64,000 nt of DNA from Nemertoderma westbladi (Eukaryota > Animalia > Xenacoelomorpha), in NCBI GenBank assembly GCA_032718475.1, contig JAUCBJ010001352.1, positions 10,228-74,227 of the forward strand. The letters run 5' to 3'. The translations under genes were made by a program, and so were the position numbers. Positions 24,301 through 36,288 of this stretch are shown here, in pieces. The notes under the pieces are model-generated. The model saw only the letters and a program-made list of their open reading frames with translations. It made no database searches and had not been told where the DNA came from. The first letter of the stretch is position 1; each line of letters begins with the position of its first letter.

Positions 24301-27011
24301 GAGTTTAAAATAAGATAAGCAAAGAACTGATTGTTATATATAGCTCCTTCACCGATAGGGATAGGAGGGGGGGGGGGGGGGGGGGGGGGGGAGGTGATCT
24401 CTTGACGCAAACAATATAATAATAATATCCCTCTCAAGAGGAAAATCAGCACGAAATAAAACTGTAACCTATTTTATTCACTTTAGTTTATTGTTTTGGC
24501 TAGAATGACATGCCTCTGTAACCACCTGTTCATTTGACCATACCCCCCCCCCCCCGTGTGACTACACCCCCCTCCCCCCCATGTGACCACACACCCCCCC
24601 CCCCCTCCCCCCATGTCCCCCTTAATACTAATTAAAATTAATTGTCGAAAAAGTAGAACCAACTAACTATATTTTGATTGGGTAAACATTAAAACACAGT
24701 GGTGCTATTAATTGGGGTAGATTATAGTGCCAACTCCACCATGGTGCTATTAATTGGGGTAGATTATAGTGCCAACTCCACCAATGACATTAACAAATAT
24801 AAACATTATCGACATCATTATTTTAGGTTCATGGAAGTTTATTTAATTGGAATTTTAATTAAAACTATATTTTGCAAGTGAAAGTAGTCTGGTAGAGGTA
24901 AGATCTTGTAAGATCACAGTCATTGGTATTCTACCTTCGTTAGTTATGTTATGGTCTACTATACTGCATTCACGGCATTTATAAGGCTTCCAGAAAGGTC
25001 ATTTGTATAACATTGCAAAGGTACAGTTTCATAAAGTTCTAGAAATTTACATTTAATGAAATATTGTCAATAGGGAAAATTCTATCATTTCGATAAATTA
25101 ATTTAATTATGTCAATCCGACATAAGGCAACTGAGGCTTTATCAGATAAAATGGTAGGATAAGATTGTAGCAACTGCGCAGAATTAAAATAGAGATAATA
25201 TAAAAAAATCTGCCGTTTTGTTCGTTTATATTTATATTTACATATGGCCTATTTTTGATGAAAGCCTCCAAAATACATCGCATTGAAATATTATTGGTTG
25301 GGCACGGCACAGCTTAGTGACGTCACGGCAGAGTCGTCAAAGTGGGATCTCGTACTGGTCGCTAAAAAGCGCCAGAGTTCCAACCTGGAGGTCACCGGTT
25401 CGATCCCACCTGGACGTCAGTGCTCACCTTGCAAAAGCTGCACCCAACGAAAGTTATAAATATAGAAATAGATATTCCTCGATTGGGGTAAATTGGATAT
25501 CGGTCGGGAACAGAGTCAACAAAAAGCGGCAAGCAATATAAATATATTACATCAAAGCACAATGTTGGAAGAGACCTAATGTACTATATACCTTGAATAA
25601 ACTGTAATAGGATATGGTTCTGTATTTGTTTTAGAACTGAAATTTACGATTGAGCTTCGATTGAAATTTGAGCTTAAAATTTTATTTAAGTTTTTAACAA
25701 CATTTTTAAAAGGGAAATTAAATAATTTCTGACTTCTGACTGTCTGAAATTAAAAATATTGCATTTCACACACGCTGAGACAGAATGAGGACAGAGATTC
25801 ACATTTTAGACCGCATGCAATGCCAATATTGTGGTCGGTGAATTAACTAAAATAGTTTGCGGATAATACGAGGACTATTAAACTGTTAGGAGTGAGTCCC
25901 AATGACATGCCAATAAGTATACCTGTAGATGAGTGGGGTGGCTTTATCAGGGCGTCGTGCTGGAGGCCTAAGTTTATTACACCTGGGAGAGAAAAAAATA
26001 TAAATCTCTCGGGTTATTCATATTTTCAGAGCCACTTAGCCAACAATATAATTTTCAGTTTAGGTATAAAACATGTAGGCTTACATATCTATTGCTTTAT
26101 TATTTACAGCAGTCCTATGTCTATGTGGATACCAACTTACCACTGTCAGTATTCTGCTCATTCTGGCCTTGGTTGTTGTACTTTACTTCAGCTAAAAAGA
26201 TGGAAATAAAAAATTATTTGAACATTTAAAAATAATATGATATTTTTAAGGGGAGATATTAGGAATCCTTAAAATTAAAAAAAATTAAAAATAAAAATTT
26301 TAGAGAGATTTTTTAGTTTTCAGTTGATTAAGATCCAAATTTTCCGTAGGCCTATATTATAAATATTGACACTTTAAAGCCATATCATAAGTCAAACCCG
26401 CTTTAATCTCATTCTGTTTGTTTGTAAGTCTGTCTTTTGGTCTGTTTGTGGAATACAGTATAAAAATCGCACCACATCGAATGAGTAGTTGCGGAGAAAA
26501 CGGTGTATTTGTTAAAAGGGCGATCGTATGGGAAAATATAAAGGTTCCATCCCCCTTCCTTACAAACATTCGAACCGTGGCGAGACCGAATGGAAACTCA
26601 ACCAATTTAGAATATCAGATCTGATGTGGCAAGTTTGTTGAATTAAAAAAGAGCCAAATCACTGTTTCACGGCTACGTTGTGCAAAAAGTGATAGAAATA
26701 GGCCACGCGTCCATGTTGGCTCTGCACAATAGCACATAGCGCTGGTTCAACCCCGGTGACCTGCTTCCTCAATTCTAACATAACCATATTACATTACTTT
26801 TATTAGACACGCGATAACTCATCTTTTGCCAATTTTAGTTATGGCATTTATTTTGCTTAAATAATTAATTATAATAATAATTGCTGGAGTTCTTTTACTC
26901 ACCGTTATCACCACCTTCACCGGTGTCGGTGGGTAGTCGAGGATACATCTCGAAGCCAACCGGAGGAAGATTCGCTACAGGTGGAGGATAAGCCGGGTCG
27001 CCGCTCGCCAT
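21400..27011 (-). CDS. First four coding exons of an uncharacterised gene: 27011-26903, 26191-26141, 25982-25923, 21444-21400
   Basis: Kozak accATGg at 27011. All introns are GT-AG with pyrimidine tracts and all junctions are phase 1. Translation: MASGDPAYPPPVANLPPVGFEMYPRLPTDTGEGGDN/AEVKYNNQGQNEQNTDS/GVINLGLQHDALIKPPHSST/DPEDENPCTPLQDQV. It joins exon 11510-10669 in frame. Confidence 0.65.
22905..23185. repeat. 85-bp tandem repeat, 3 units
   Basis: taaaccatctcccagaatatacaataacttcat at 22905, 22990 and 23075. Confidence 0.9.
23430..23837 (+). mobile_element. 3' end of an RTE-clade LINE with a (TAG)n tail; terminal 65 bp triplicated
   Basis: GHCWRSKDE...LLLWQPTHGKRSRGRPAITYIDQL...NREAWK followed by tagtagtag; the last 65 bp occur three times. 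Confidence 0.85.
25365..25460 (+). mobile_element. tRNA-derived SINE-like repeat copy (partial)
   Basis: ccaacctggaggtcaccggttcgatcccacctggacgtca...gcaaaagctg. Confidence 0.7.
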
Positions 27012-27593
27012 GGTAACGAATTACTTTACTTTCGGTTTCACAATCGGAGATTCTAGAAATAAAATAATAGACTTTACTGCAGAGATATTCGGACCGTTTG
27101 GTAAAGAGTCGAGACAAAAAGCTTCGGAATTTGGATACTTCGGTGAGCATTATGTACTGTAGAATGAGGGTAAAAAACTACAGATAGGCCGTGTGGGAGG
27201 GGGAGGGGGGGGGGGGGGGGGGGGGCGTGACTTTCGACTCAACCAAAATTCATCCATCGCCAGAGAAATAAAATTGTCGCAAATAACAGCTGATTACTCT
27301 TAATAATAAAAGAGTAACCTATTCTTTATTGACATTATTTATTGTCTTTTAACTTCATATCCAAGCCGTGTACCAAGGGTCAACTTCGAGGTCTCTATTC
27401 TCATAATATCTATCAGACTGTTTGTACCATTTCTATAACTGTTATTTAAATTTTAATAATTTTAAGACTTGGTGCTGCGTCCTATTTATTTTAATTGCTA
27501 CGACCTAATTTAAATTTTATCATGAATAAATAAATAAACGCGAGCTCGTCTGGTCTTCGCTTCCGCGCGAGTAAAAGTAAAGTTATAACAACG

Positions 27594-28199
27594 TGCCACT
27601 GTAACCCACTCCTTTATCACTGCCACTGTAACCCACTCCTTTATCACTGCCACTGTAACACACTCCTTTATCACTGCCACTGTAACCCACTCCTTTATCA
27701 CTGCCACTGTAACACACTCCTTTATCACTGCCACTGTAACCCACTCCTTTATCACTGCCACTGTAACCCACTCCTTTATCACTGCCACTGTAACCCACTC
27801 CGTTATCACTGCCACTGTAACCCACTCCTTTATCACTGCCACTGTAACCCACTCCTTTATCACTGCCACTGTAACCCACTCCTTTATCACTGCCACTGTA
27901 ACCCACTCCTTTATCACTGCCACTGTAACCCACTCCTTTATCACTGCCACTGTAACCCACTCCTTTATCACTGCCACTGTAACCCACTCCTTTATCACTG
28001 CCACTGTAACCCACTCCTTTATCACTGCCACTGTAACCCACTCCTTTATCACTGCCACTGTAACCCACTCCATTATCACTGCCACTGTAACCCACTCCTT
28101 TATCACTGCCACTGTAACCCACTCCTTTATCACTGCCACTGTAACCCACTCCTTTATCACTGCCACTGTAACCCACTCCTTTATCACTGCCACTGTAAC
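27594..28199. repeat. 27-bp minisatellite (gccactgtaacccactcctttatcact), about 22 units
   Basis: Direct periodicity. Confidence 0.97.
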
Positions 28200-28269
28200 A
28201 AGCTGGCAAGCCTGGAAGGTTCACGGTCCTCCTACTTAATCAGTACAATAATAATACGTTTTCGTTCGG

Positions 28270-28860
28270 GTAGGCCTATGTTTCCTTTTCACTTGTTCCC
28301 ATCGTACAGTCGTAGGCGACCTCATGCTCCTGTGCTCATCCCACCACGACCACGACCACCAGTTACGAGTTGGGTAGGCGTCTACCGGCAACCGGTAAGT
28401 AATTACGCGCCACACGACGTCATCCCGCCATCCGCCAACATTTATACCGGTACGGTAAGCCTACCACCTACCGGCTGGCTACCATCGCACCGTAGGTCTA
28501 CCGCCTACGCCTACCGGTCAACCGGTAACGGTAGGCTACCGCGTACCGGTACAGCGGTACTCAAAGTCGTACCGGTATTGTCGTAATTGACAAATGCAGG
28601 ATTAAACCGTAACCCGTTCCAGTACCGGTACCATATGCATCTGAACGACTGGACGGTTAATCTCATAGCATAGCTGCATAGGCCTACTGGTAGTCAGTGC
28701 GAAGTCGCCTGCGAACATGGCGAAATATTATATTTACTGCTAGGGCTAGGCTAGGACCTACTGCTGTACTGACCTATGACAGTATGAAGATAGGCAGATA
28801 GGCCTACAGTGGTCAGGTAGTACCGGTCCGGTATGCCTACTACAGGCAGACAATCAGACA
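28270..28860. promoter_or_regulatory. CpG-rich island-like segment, candidate promoter or regulatory region upstream of the 27011 gene
   Basis: Local GC/CpG enrichment, a CRE-like gacgtca, and dense taccggta/taggccta palindromes. Confidence 0.3.
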
Positions 28861-28929
28861 GTACTAGCAGTGCTAATTAATTACCTTAATTAAATCTTCA
28901 ATTAGGTCATAATGTAGGTCCAAATTTAA

Positions 28930-29235
28930 AAATCGGCCTCCGTTAATCGATTTACAAATAATTCAGGTACCTCCATGCCAAATATCAGAATCATTCATTG
29001 CGTTCCCTATGACAAGATAGCTTTTTCCTAAACCATGCGAAAACACGCAAATATAGCGCTCACATCGCACAAATACCATCTCGACACCCAATTTTTTGTA
29101 TGAGCCTTCGCCATCCCTATATCTAACTTTTGTCCAAATTTTGTTTCGATTGATTAATAAATAACTGAGATATCGCTCTGGACACACACACACACACACA
29201 CACACACTAACACACACACACACACACATTACGGT
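28930..29235. repeat. HINE/Helitron-like fragment with a (CA)n microsatellite
   Basis: ccaaattttgtttcgattg...gagatatcgc followed by a (ca)n run, as in non-autonomous rolling-circle elements. Confidence 0.45.
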
Positions 29236-29268
29236 AATAATGGTCACCTATGTCAAGGACCGTGAACC

Positions 29269-29557
29269 AACACACTCCTTTATCACTGCCACTGTAACAC
29301 ACTCCTTTATCACTGCCACTGTAACCCACTCCTTTATCACTGCCACTGTAACCCACTCCTTTATCACTGCCACTGTAACCCACTCCTTTATCACTGCCAC
29401 TGTAACACACTCCTTTATCACTGCCACTGTAACCCACTCCATTATCACTGCCACTGTAACCCACTCCTTTATCACTGCCACTGTAACCCACTCCTTTATC
29501 ACTGCCACTGTAACACACTCCTTTATCACTGCCACTGTAACCCACTCCTTTATCACT
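29269..29557. repeat. Second block of the 27-bp gccactgtaacc minisatellite, about 11 units
   Basis: Same unit as 27594-28199. Confidence 0.95.
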
Positions 29558-29657
29558 ATAAGATTCCCCGTATGTGTCAAAAATTATATAGAGAATGAGA
29601 AATATTTGCTCAAGCATTACGAATAACTGATACTTCATGTGAGTGCGCATTATTTCA

Positions 29658-29800
29658 CTATAACTTTTTGTTGGGCACAGCTTTTGCAAGGTCGGCAATG
29701 ACGTCCAGGTGGGATCGAACTGGTGACCTCCGGGTTGGAAGTCTCAACTAAAAGTTATAATAACATGAAACCACTCATTCACCCACAACACCAATAATAT
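29658..29800 (-). mobile_element. tRNA-derived repeat copy joined to its own inverted tail
   Basis: 29658-29744 matches 2430-2511. 29746-29800 is the reverse complement of the tail at 2385-2440. Confidence 0.7.
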
Positions 29801-29879
29801 ATTATCTCACTGGCACATCCCAACCAGTTATTGAATTACTCGACCAGTTTGTGCCGCTGCCACCATGTGGTTTGTTATG

Positions 29880-30130
29880 ACGTAAAGGCGCGTCTCCTTC
29901 CAGGCTTCCCGTTTCTCAATAGTTGTCGTAATTTCGTTTCTCTCAAGTTCAGTATCCCTTTCAAGCTGGTCTATATATGTTATAGCCAGTCATCAACGGG
30001 TACGCTTTGCTTTCCGTGTGTTCGTTGCCAGAAAAGTAGATCTGGTATGACCTCGTCTTTACTTCGCCAACAGTGCCCACTGAATCTTAATCTGCGTTCA
30101 CGGAGGTTGATTGATACAGGTGGTATAATA
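29880..30130 (-). mobile_element. RTE LINE 3' fragment, same family as 23430
   Basis: Reverse complement of 23480-23660 (ccttccaggcttcccg, agttcagtatccctttcaag, gttgccaga.aagtagatctgg). Confidence 0.8.
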
Positions 30131-30955
30131 CCTTTGGAACTAGAGCGTTAATCTATATCAGGGCGCCCTTTAATTTTTCGGTCGATATTTTATTGTAATT
30201 TTCTATGTGAATATTTTTATAAATTTCTACTTATTAAGTGTTTTATAGCACTTATTTATAAGAGAAGTAACATTAATATTGTCTGTTTATTTAATATAAA
30301 CTGAGTCAGGATGAAAAAAAAAAATATATTTTCACTTCATCCTATCCTAAGGGCCCGTTTAAATTTTATTCTTATTATTAAAAGTATTTTTATAACGCCA
30401 ATACGCATTGTTCTTGGGATTCTTACAGTAAGTAACACATGATACCGTGAACATAAGTGAAACAAGAAATACAATTAAAGTTATACAGCAAAAACGTTAA
30501 AAATTGACACATTGTTATATAAAATGGATAAATTTTAGAGTTATAATGATAATATCATTCGGTGGATTAAATTAATTGTAACTAATTAGGTACTAAACAA
30601 TAAACAATTTCGCAAATGTTGTTTTGTTAGAAAGCCAGAAAGCAAATTTATTATAAAGTGTTTGCTTTTTTTTAAAAGACTGAATTTTAACTTGCGCTTT
30701 AAAATGCAACTGGCAGTAAACAAATAGCACAAATCTTTTAAAAGTTTTTATGCAAAATCAACTTATTTTATTTAATAATTATTACATTATTACCTCATTA
30801 AAAACGGCACAAATATGTCAATAGTTTGAGGGATGTTAATGAAAAAATAATTATCTATACCCTTGTATAACAACAGTATTTCGAGCCAAATAAGTTCACC
30901 AATATGAGCATAAAACGAGACTTGTACGAATGCCAATCGTACATAAATTGTGAAG

Positions 30956-32275
30956 AAGTGGGTAGTTTGGTGGAGGTTGTGAATGGAAAAGTGGGTAGTT
31001 TGGTGGAGGTTGTGAATGGAAAAGTGGGTAGTTAGGTGGAGGTTGTGAATGGAAAAGTGGGTAGTTTGGTGGAGGTTGTGAATGGAAAAGTGGGTAGTTT
31101 GGTGGAGGTTGTGAATAAAAAGTGGGTAGTTTGGTGGAGGTTGGAAAGTGGGTAGTTTGGTGGAGGTTGAGAATGAAAAAGTGGGTAGTTTGGTGGAGGT
31201 TGTGAATGGAAAAGTGGGTAGTTTGGTGGAGGTTGTGAATGAAAAAGTGGGTAGTTTGGTGGAGGTTGGAAAGTGGGTAGTTAGGTGGAGGTTGTGAATG
31301 GAAAAGTGGGTAGTTTGGTGGAGGTTGAGAATGGAAAAGTGGGTAGTTTGGTGGAGGTTGTGAATGGAAAAGTGGGTAGTTTGGTGGAGGTTGCGAATAA
31401 AAAGTGGGTAGTTTGGTGGAGGTTGAGAATGAAAAAGTGGGTAGTTTGGTGGAGGTTGTGAATGGAAAAGTGGGTAGTTTGGTGGAGGTTGAGAATGAAA
31501 AAGTGGGTAGTTTGGTGGAGGTTGTGAATGGAAAAGTGGGTAGTTTGGTGGAGGTTGTGAATGGAAAAGTGGGTAGTTTGGTGGAGGTTGTGAATGGAAA
31601 AGTGGGTAGTTTGGTGGAGGTTGTGAATGGAAAAGTGGGTAGTTTGGTGGAGGTTGTGAATGGAAAAGTGGGTAGTTTGGTGGAGGTTGCGAATGAAAAA
31701 GTGGGTAGTTTGGTGGAGGTTGGAAAGTGGGTAGTTTGGTGGAGGTTGAGAATGAAAAAGTGGGTAGTTTGGTGGAGGTTGTGAATGGAAAAGTGGGTAG
31801 TTTGGTGGAGGTTGTGAATGAAAAAGTGGGTAGTTTGGTGGAGGTTGGAAAGTGGGTAGTTGGTGGAGGTTGTGAATGGAAAAGTGGGTAGTTTGGTGGA
31901 GGTTGTGAATGGAAAAGTGGGTAGTTTGGTGGAGGTTGTGAATGGAAAAGTGGGTAGTTTGGTGGAGGTTGTGAATGAAAAAGTGGGTAGTTTGGTGGAG
32001 GTTGCGAATAAAAGTGGGTAGTTTGGTGGAGGTTGAGAATGAAAAAGTGGGTAGTTTGGTGGAGGTTGTGAATGAAAAAGTGGGTAGTTTGGTGGAGGTT
32101 GCGAATGAAAAAGTGGGTAGTTTGGTGGAGGTTGGATGAAAAAGTGGGTAGTTTGGTGGAGGTTGAGAATGAAAAAGTGGGTAGTTTGGTGGAGGTTGTG
32201 AATGAAAAAGTGGGTAGTTTGGTGGAGGTTGGGAATGAAATAAGTGGGTAGTTTGGTGGAGGTTGCGAATGAAAA
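30956..32275. repeat. 33-bp G-rich minisatellite (aaaagtgggtagtttggtggaggttgtgaatgg), about 41 units with shortened variants
   Basis: Direct periodicity; lies 3' of the POU gene. Confidence 0.97.
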
Positions 32276-32835
32276 ATAAATGAACAAGAGTGAACAAGAT
32301 GAGAATGAACAAGCCACTTCACTTCAGGTTGGATACTTTAAGGTTTAAGGTAATAAATAAAACATTTAAATGAAAAACTACATAAATATATTTAGAAATT
32401 AAATGTAAATAAACAAACATACATTATAAAAAGTTGATTATTTACAACGTAAATTTACAAAAATAATACTTTACAGCTATAGGCCTTTATAGTATAGAGT
32501 AGCATTAATTGAAGGCGAACTATCGTATTCCAATAGACACCCTGTAAATTGGGAAACCTCTAACGATAAGAATTTACTAACAAATTAATTCCGGAGAAAA
32601 TAAAAACTTAAGATAAAATTATTATAGTATGCAATAATTCCCGACGATTTTAAATTCGGGAACTGCATTACAACAACCCAGAGCGAGTTGAGTCAAAAAT
32701 ATATGCGTTGGAAAGATAGAAAACATCCTTTACTTTCTTTGAAAAGATAAATTAGTGATTCTTTTAAAGATTGTAGAGGAAATATTCACGTCTGGGTATT
32801 TTGGTAACCGGTTCGGGTTTTATAGATAAATACTT

Positions 32836-34137
32836 CTAATGTAACAACGGTTGGGTGGGAGGAAGAATACTGTGTAGAACGATTGGTGTATACGTCAACG
32901 TTGTACTAGCGGTGCCACTAGTGGTAGGGGTGGTAATGGTGGCGGTTCTAGTGGCGGCGGTCGAAGAATTCACACGTTTAATCTTCTGACGTCGGTTACA
33001 AAACCAAACTCGGACCACCTCCCGGTCCAACGATAGATGTTCGGATATAACGAAGATCTGATTGGCTCCGGGTCGCGAATTGACTTCAAAATGGGCCTCC
33101 AACTTTTCTCTGACAACGGGATTTAAACTAGTACGTCGTTTACGGCGCCTCAAAGTCTCTTGAGACTCGGATAAAAACGCCGGAGTTTCAAATTCAATTC
33201 GAACGCCCTCCTCGCATGACTCCTCCATCTTACAACCAGCCTCCTCGGAAAGCCACTTCTCCAGTAGCGGTTTCAGCTTCAACATGTTATTGAAGCTGAG
33301 GTTTAGCGCTTCGAATCGTGAGATAGTCGTCTGACTGAAGTCGTTGCCCCACAACCTACCCACCGCCGATCCAACGTCGCTCTGAGTGAAACCAAGTCGG
33401 ATCCTCGTCTCTTTAAACTCCTTCGAGAATCTCTCGAGATGTTCTAACCGGTTCGCCTCTAATTGTAATGCGGTATCGGTGCCGAGTGTGTCGTTAGGCC
33501 TACGTGTCGACGGGAGAGTCCGGATGTCAGGCGGCTTACTGCACGATTGCAAAACATCTGGAGATAAAAGATACCGAGCACGTGGTTGAGGAATATGTGT
33601 TGGAGCAAACTGTGGGAGATTGAATTCACTTGTGAGTATGTTAGAATCTTGGAGTAATTGTGGAGAGTTTGTACTGCATAAAGAAACATGTTGCTGGGAT
33701 TGCTGTGTGTCTGTTGGTGGATGTGTTATTGTCCGCGGTGACTGGGGGTTGATACTGGGTGAATATGATTCAATAGTTTTAGAAGATTTCGGATGATTTG
33801 TGATGGAATTTATTGTTAAGCACAATGGACGAGGTTGTCTTTTAGGCGAAACTACATCACATTTACGGGATGATTCGTTCTGTTGTGTATGCGATGGTTG
33901 TTGGGTATCATTACCTTCTGGAGTAAACACGATGTCATCAACACCTACATCCACACCTCTAAGGGGTTCATCATTACCTAAATTAGATATTTGGATGGGA
34001 TTTATATTATCAACGAAAGTAATGAGTTTATTTGTGTTGTTTGGGATGGAGGCGGAGGGCTTAGGAAGCGATAATGGGACGTACATACCATCTCCCTTAT
34101 GTTCCATAATAACGTAACGTGGTGGAACACCATCCAT
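32836..34137 (-). CDS. POU2: POU-domain transcription factor, class 2 (Oct1/Oct2/nubbin-like), divergent, intronless CDS
   Basis: POU-specific domain RIRLGFTQSDVG...GNDFSQTTISRFEALNLSF..M.KLKPLLEKWL (NDFSQTTIS and ALNLSF match class 2). Homeodomain RRKRRTS...EVVRVWFCNRRQK. Probable 5'UTR intron at 34191-34322. Confidence 0.93.
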   Translation of the reverse strand: MDGVPPRYVIMEHKGDGMYVPLSLPKPSASIPNNTNKLITFVDNINPIQISNLGNDEPLRGVDVGVDDIVFTPEGNDTQQPSHTQQNESSRKCDVVSPKRQPRPLCLTINSITNHPKSSKTIESYSPSINPQSPRTITHPPTDTQQSQQHVSLCSTNSPQLLQDSNILTSEFNLPQFAPTHIPQPRARYLLSPDVLQSCSKPPDIRTLPSTRRPNDTLGTDTALQLEANRLEHLERFSKEFKETRIRLGFTQSDVGSAVGRLWGNDFSQTTISRFEALNLSFNNMLKLKPLLEKWLSEEAGCKMEESCEEGVRIEFETPAFLSESQETLRRRKRRTSLNPVVREKLEAHFEVNSRPGANQIFVISEHLSLDREVVRVWFCNRRQKIKRVNSSTAATRTATITTPTTSGTASTTLTYTPIVLHSILPPTQPLLH

Positions 34138-34567
34138 CAGACCAACTACAGAACTACAGGCTGACAGAAGTTCGCTAAGATAATATGGTGCTGTAGGTAG
34201 AGTTCATGTAATTAAATAAATTTATTACCGGTATACAATGTTGCAGGCCTAGTACTGTTAGACCAGTAATCAGGTAACAGCCACGAACCACAAGGCACTA
34301 CCATACCATACCGGTACCTTACCACAATAGTCCTAAAAAATTCACATCTCTTCAAAATAAATAATAATAAACTAATAAGTATACCGATCTCCCACAGATC
34401 TGATTCTACATATGGTAGAGGAAATGGGTATGCACTCCATGATAATTGTACTTGACCGGTACTGGTACTTTGGCCAAGGGCTGATAGGCAATACGCGCGG
34501 GCGTTTCGGGTTCGGTCCGGACGTGGGACGATTCGGCGGGAACAATTCGGCCTGGACGTACACAACA

Positions 34568-35212
34568 GCATCGTTTATTGTTTTGGTTAGAAAAATCTGT
34601 CTCTGTAACCTGCTCCTTTCCCTAAATTGGAACAACATCGTTTATTGTTTTGGTTAGAAAAAGACGTAACATGCTCCTTCCCTTCAATTGGCAACAACAT
34701 CGTTTATTGCTTTGGTTAGAAAAAGCCGTCTCTGTAACCTGCTACTTTCTGTTCTCTCAATTGGTATCAACATAGTTTATTGTTTTGGTTAGTAAAAGAC
34801 GTCTATGTGTAACCTGTTCCTTTCCCTCAATTGGTAACTAAAATGGTTACTAACAGGACCTATCTGCGAGGGGGAGAGGGGGGGGGGGGGGGGGGGGGGG
34901 GGTAACAGCACGGTACCACTCTGTTTGGATCTGCCGGTTTTGTAATGTCACATAAGTACAGTTCTCCCCAGATAGGGGGGAGGGGGCGTGGGGTGGGAAA
35001 CTGGACGAAATAAAAATGCATCCCTCTCCAGGGGAAATTCGACACAAATAAAGGCTGATTACTCTCAAAAATAAAACTGTAACCTATTCTATTGTGTTTA
35101 GTTTATTGTTTTCGTTAAAATAACGTGCCACTGTACCCTGCTCCTTTCCTAAATTGCGAATTGAACATTGAGCCGGGATATTAATTCGCCAAGGCGGGAT
35201 TTGCGTCCAGTT
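34568..35212. repeat. Dispersed repeat family with a poly-G tract; four ~65-bp tandem units just upstream of POU2
   Basis: gtttattgttttggttag...ctgtaacctgctcctttccct.aatt. Related pieces at ~11843, ~24360-24530, ~27190-27330, ~49185-49430 and ~51500-51710. Confidence 0.75.
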
Positions 35213-35744
35213 TACTCTCCTGTTTCCCCTGTCCCGTGATTTGTTGGTACTTAGTACCAAATGGAGAGCTGGCCATGTAAATATTTCAGATATTTCTTGA
35301 AATATAGTTGAGGCGTTCGAAAGTTGCCTGATTTTACATGTGTGTGAATCTAATTATTCTAGGACACGAACAGACTGCCTCTGTTACAAATTTCATGCAA
35401 TATCATTATGATAAAATTATAACAAATTAGGGAGGGGGTCGGGTTGGCTAATATTCCAAAATTTGGAACTGTTTTAATTAAAACGCCATGAATATGGATA
35501 TCAAAGTGACATAATTATAAATGAGTACTTTCCAACAAACCACACATTAATATTGACAAGATTTAACACAATAAACGACCTTAAATATTAAATTAACGAT
35601 GTAAAACAACGCTCTTATGAATTTCACGAAAACTGAAGAACGATTAATTAATACATGGTTAATAATGATCAAAAAATGTGAAATGAAAAAAAGTTCAGAT
35701 GTAGAGGAAATTTCGAGGAACCAATTATTTGAAATTATAACCTT

Positions 35745-36288
35745 TTTGTTTCATTGCCCAATTGTGTCAGTGCCCAATTGTGTCAGTGCCCAATTGTTTC
35801 AGTGCCCAATTGTTTCAGTGCCCAATTGTTTCAGTGCCCAATTCTTTCAGTGCCCAATTGTTTCAGTGCCCAATTGTTTCAATGCCCAATTCTTTCAGTG
35901 CCCAATTCTTTCAGTGCCCAATTCTTTCAGTGCCCAATTATTTCAGTGCCCAATTGTTTCCTCAATGCCCAATTCTTTCAGTGCCCAATTGTGTCAGTGC
36001 CCAATTGTTTCAGTGCCCAATTGTTTCAACGCCCAATTCTTTCAGTGCCCAATTGTTTCAATGCCCAATTCTTTCAGTGCCCAATTCTTTCAGTGCCCAA
36101 TTGTATCAGTGGCCAATTCTTTCAGTGCCCAATTGTTTCAATGCCCAATTGTTCAGTGCCCAATTCTTTCAGTGCCCAATTGTTTAGTGTCCAATTGTTT
36201 CATTGCCCAATTGTTCCAGTGCCCAATTGTTTCAGTGCCTATTTGTTTCAGTGCCCAATTGTTTCAGTGTCCAATTGTTTCAGTGCCC
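35745..36288. repeat. 16-bp minisatellite (cagtgcccaattgttt), about 33 units
   Basis: Direct periodicity. Confidence 0.95.

Noticed and set aside
27510-32322. ORFs such as (VAVIKEWVT)n, (GYSGSDKGV)n and (PPPNYPLFHSQ)n
   Set aside because: Several frames are open because the satellite units lack stops. There is no splice or start context, and unit-length indels switch frames.
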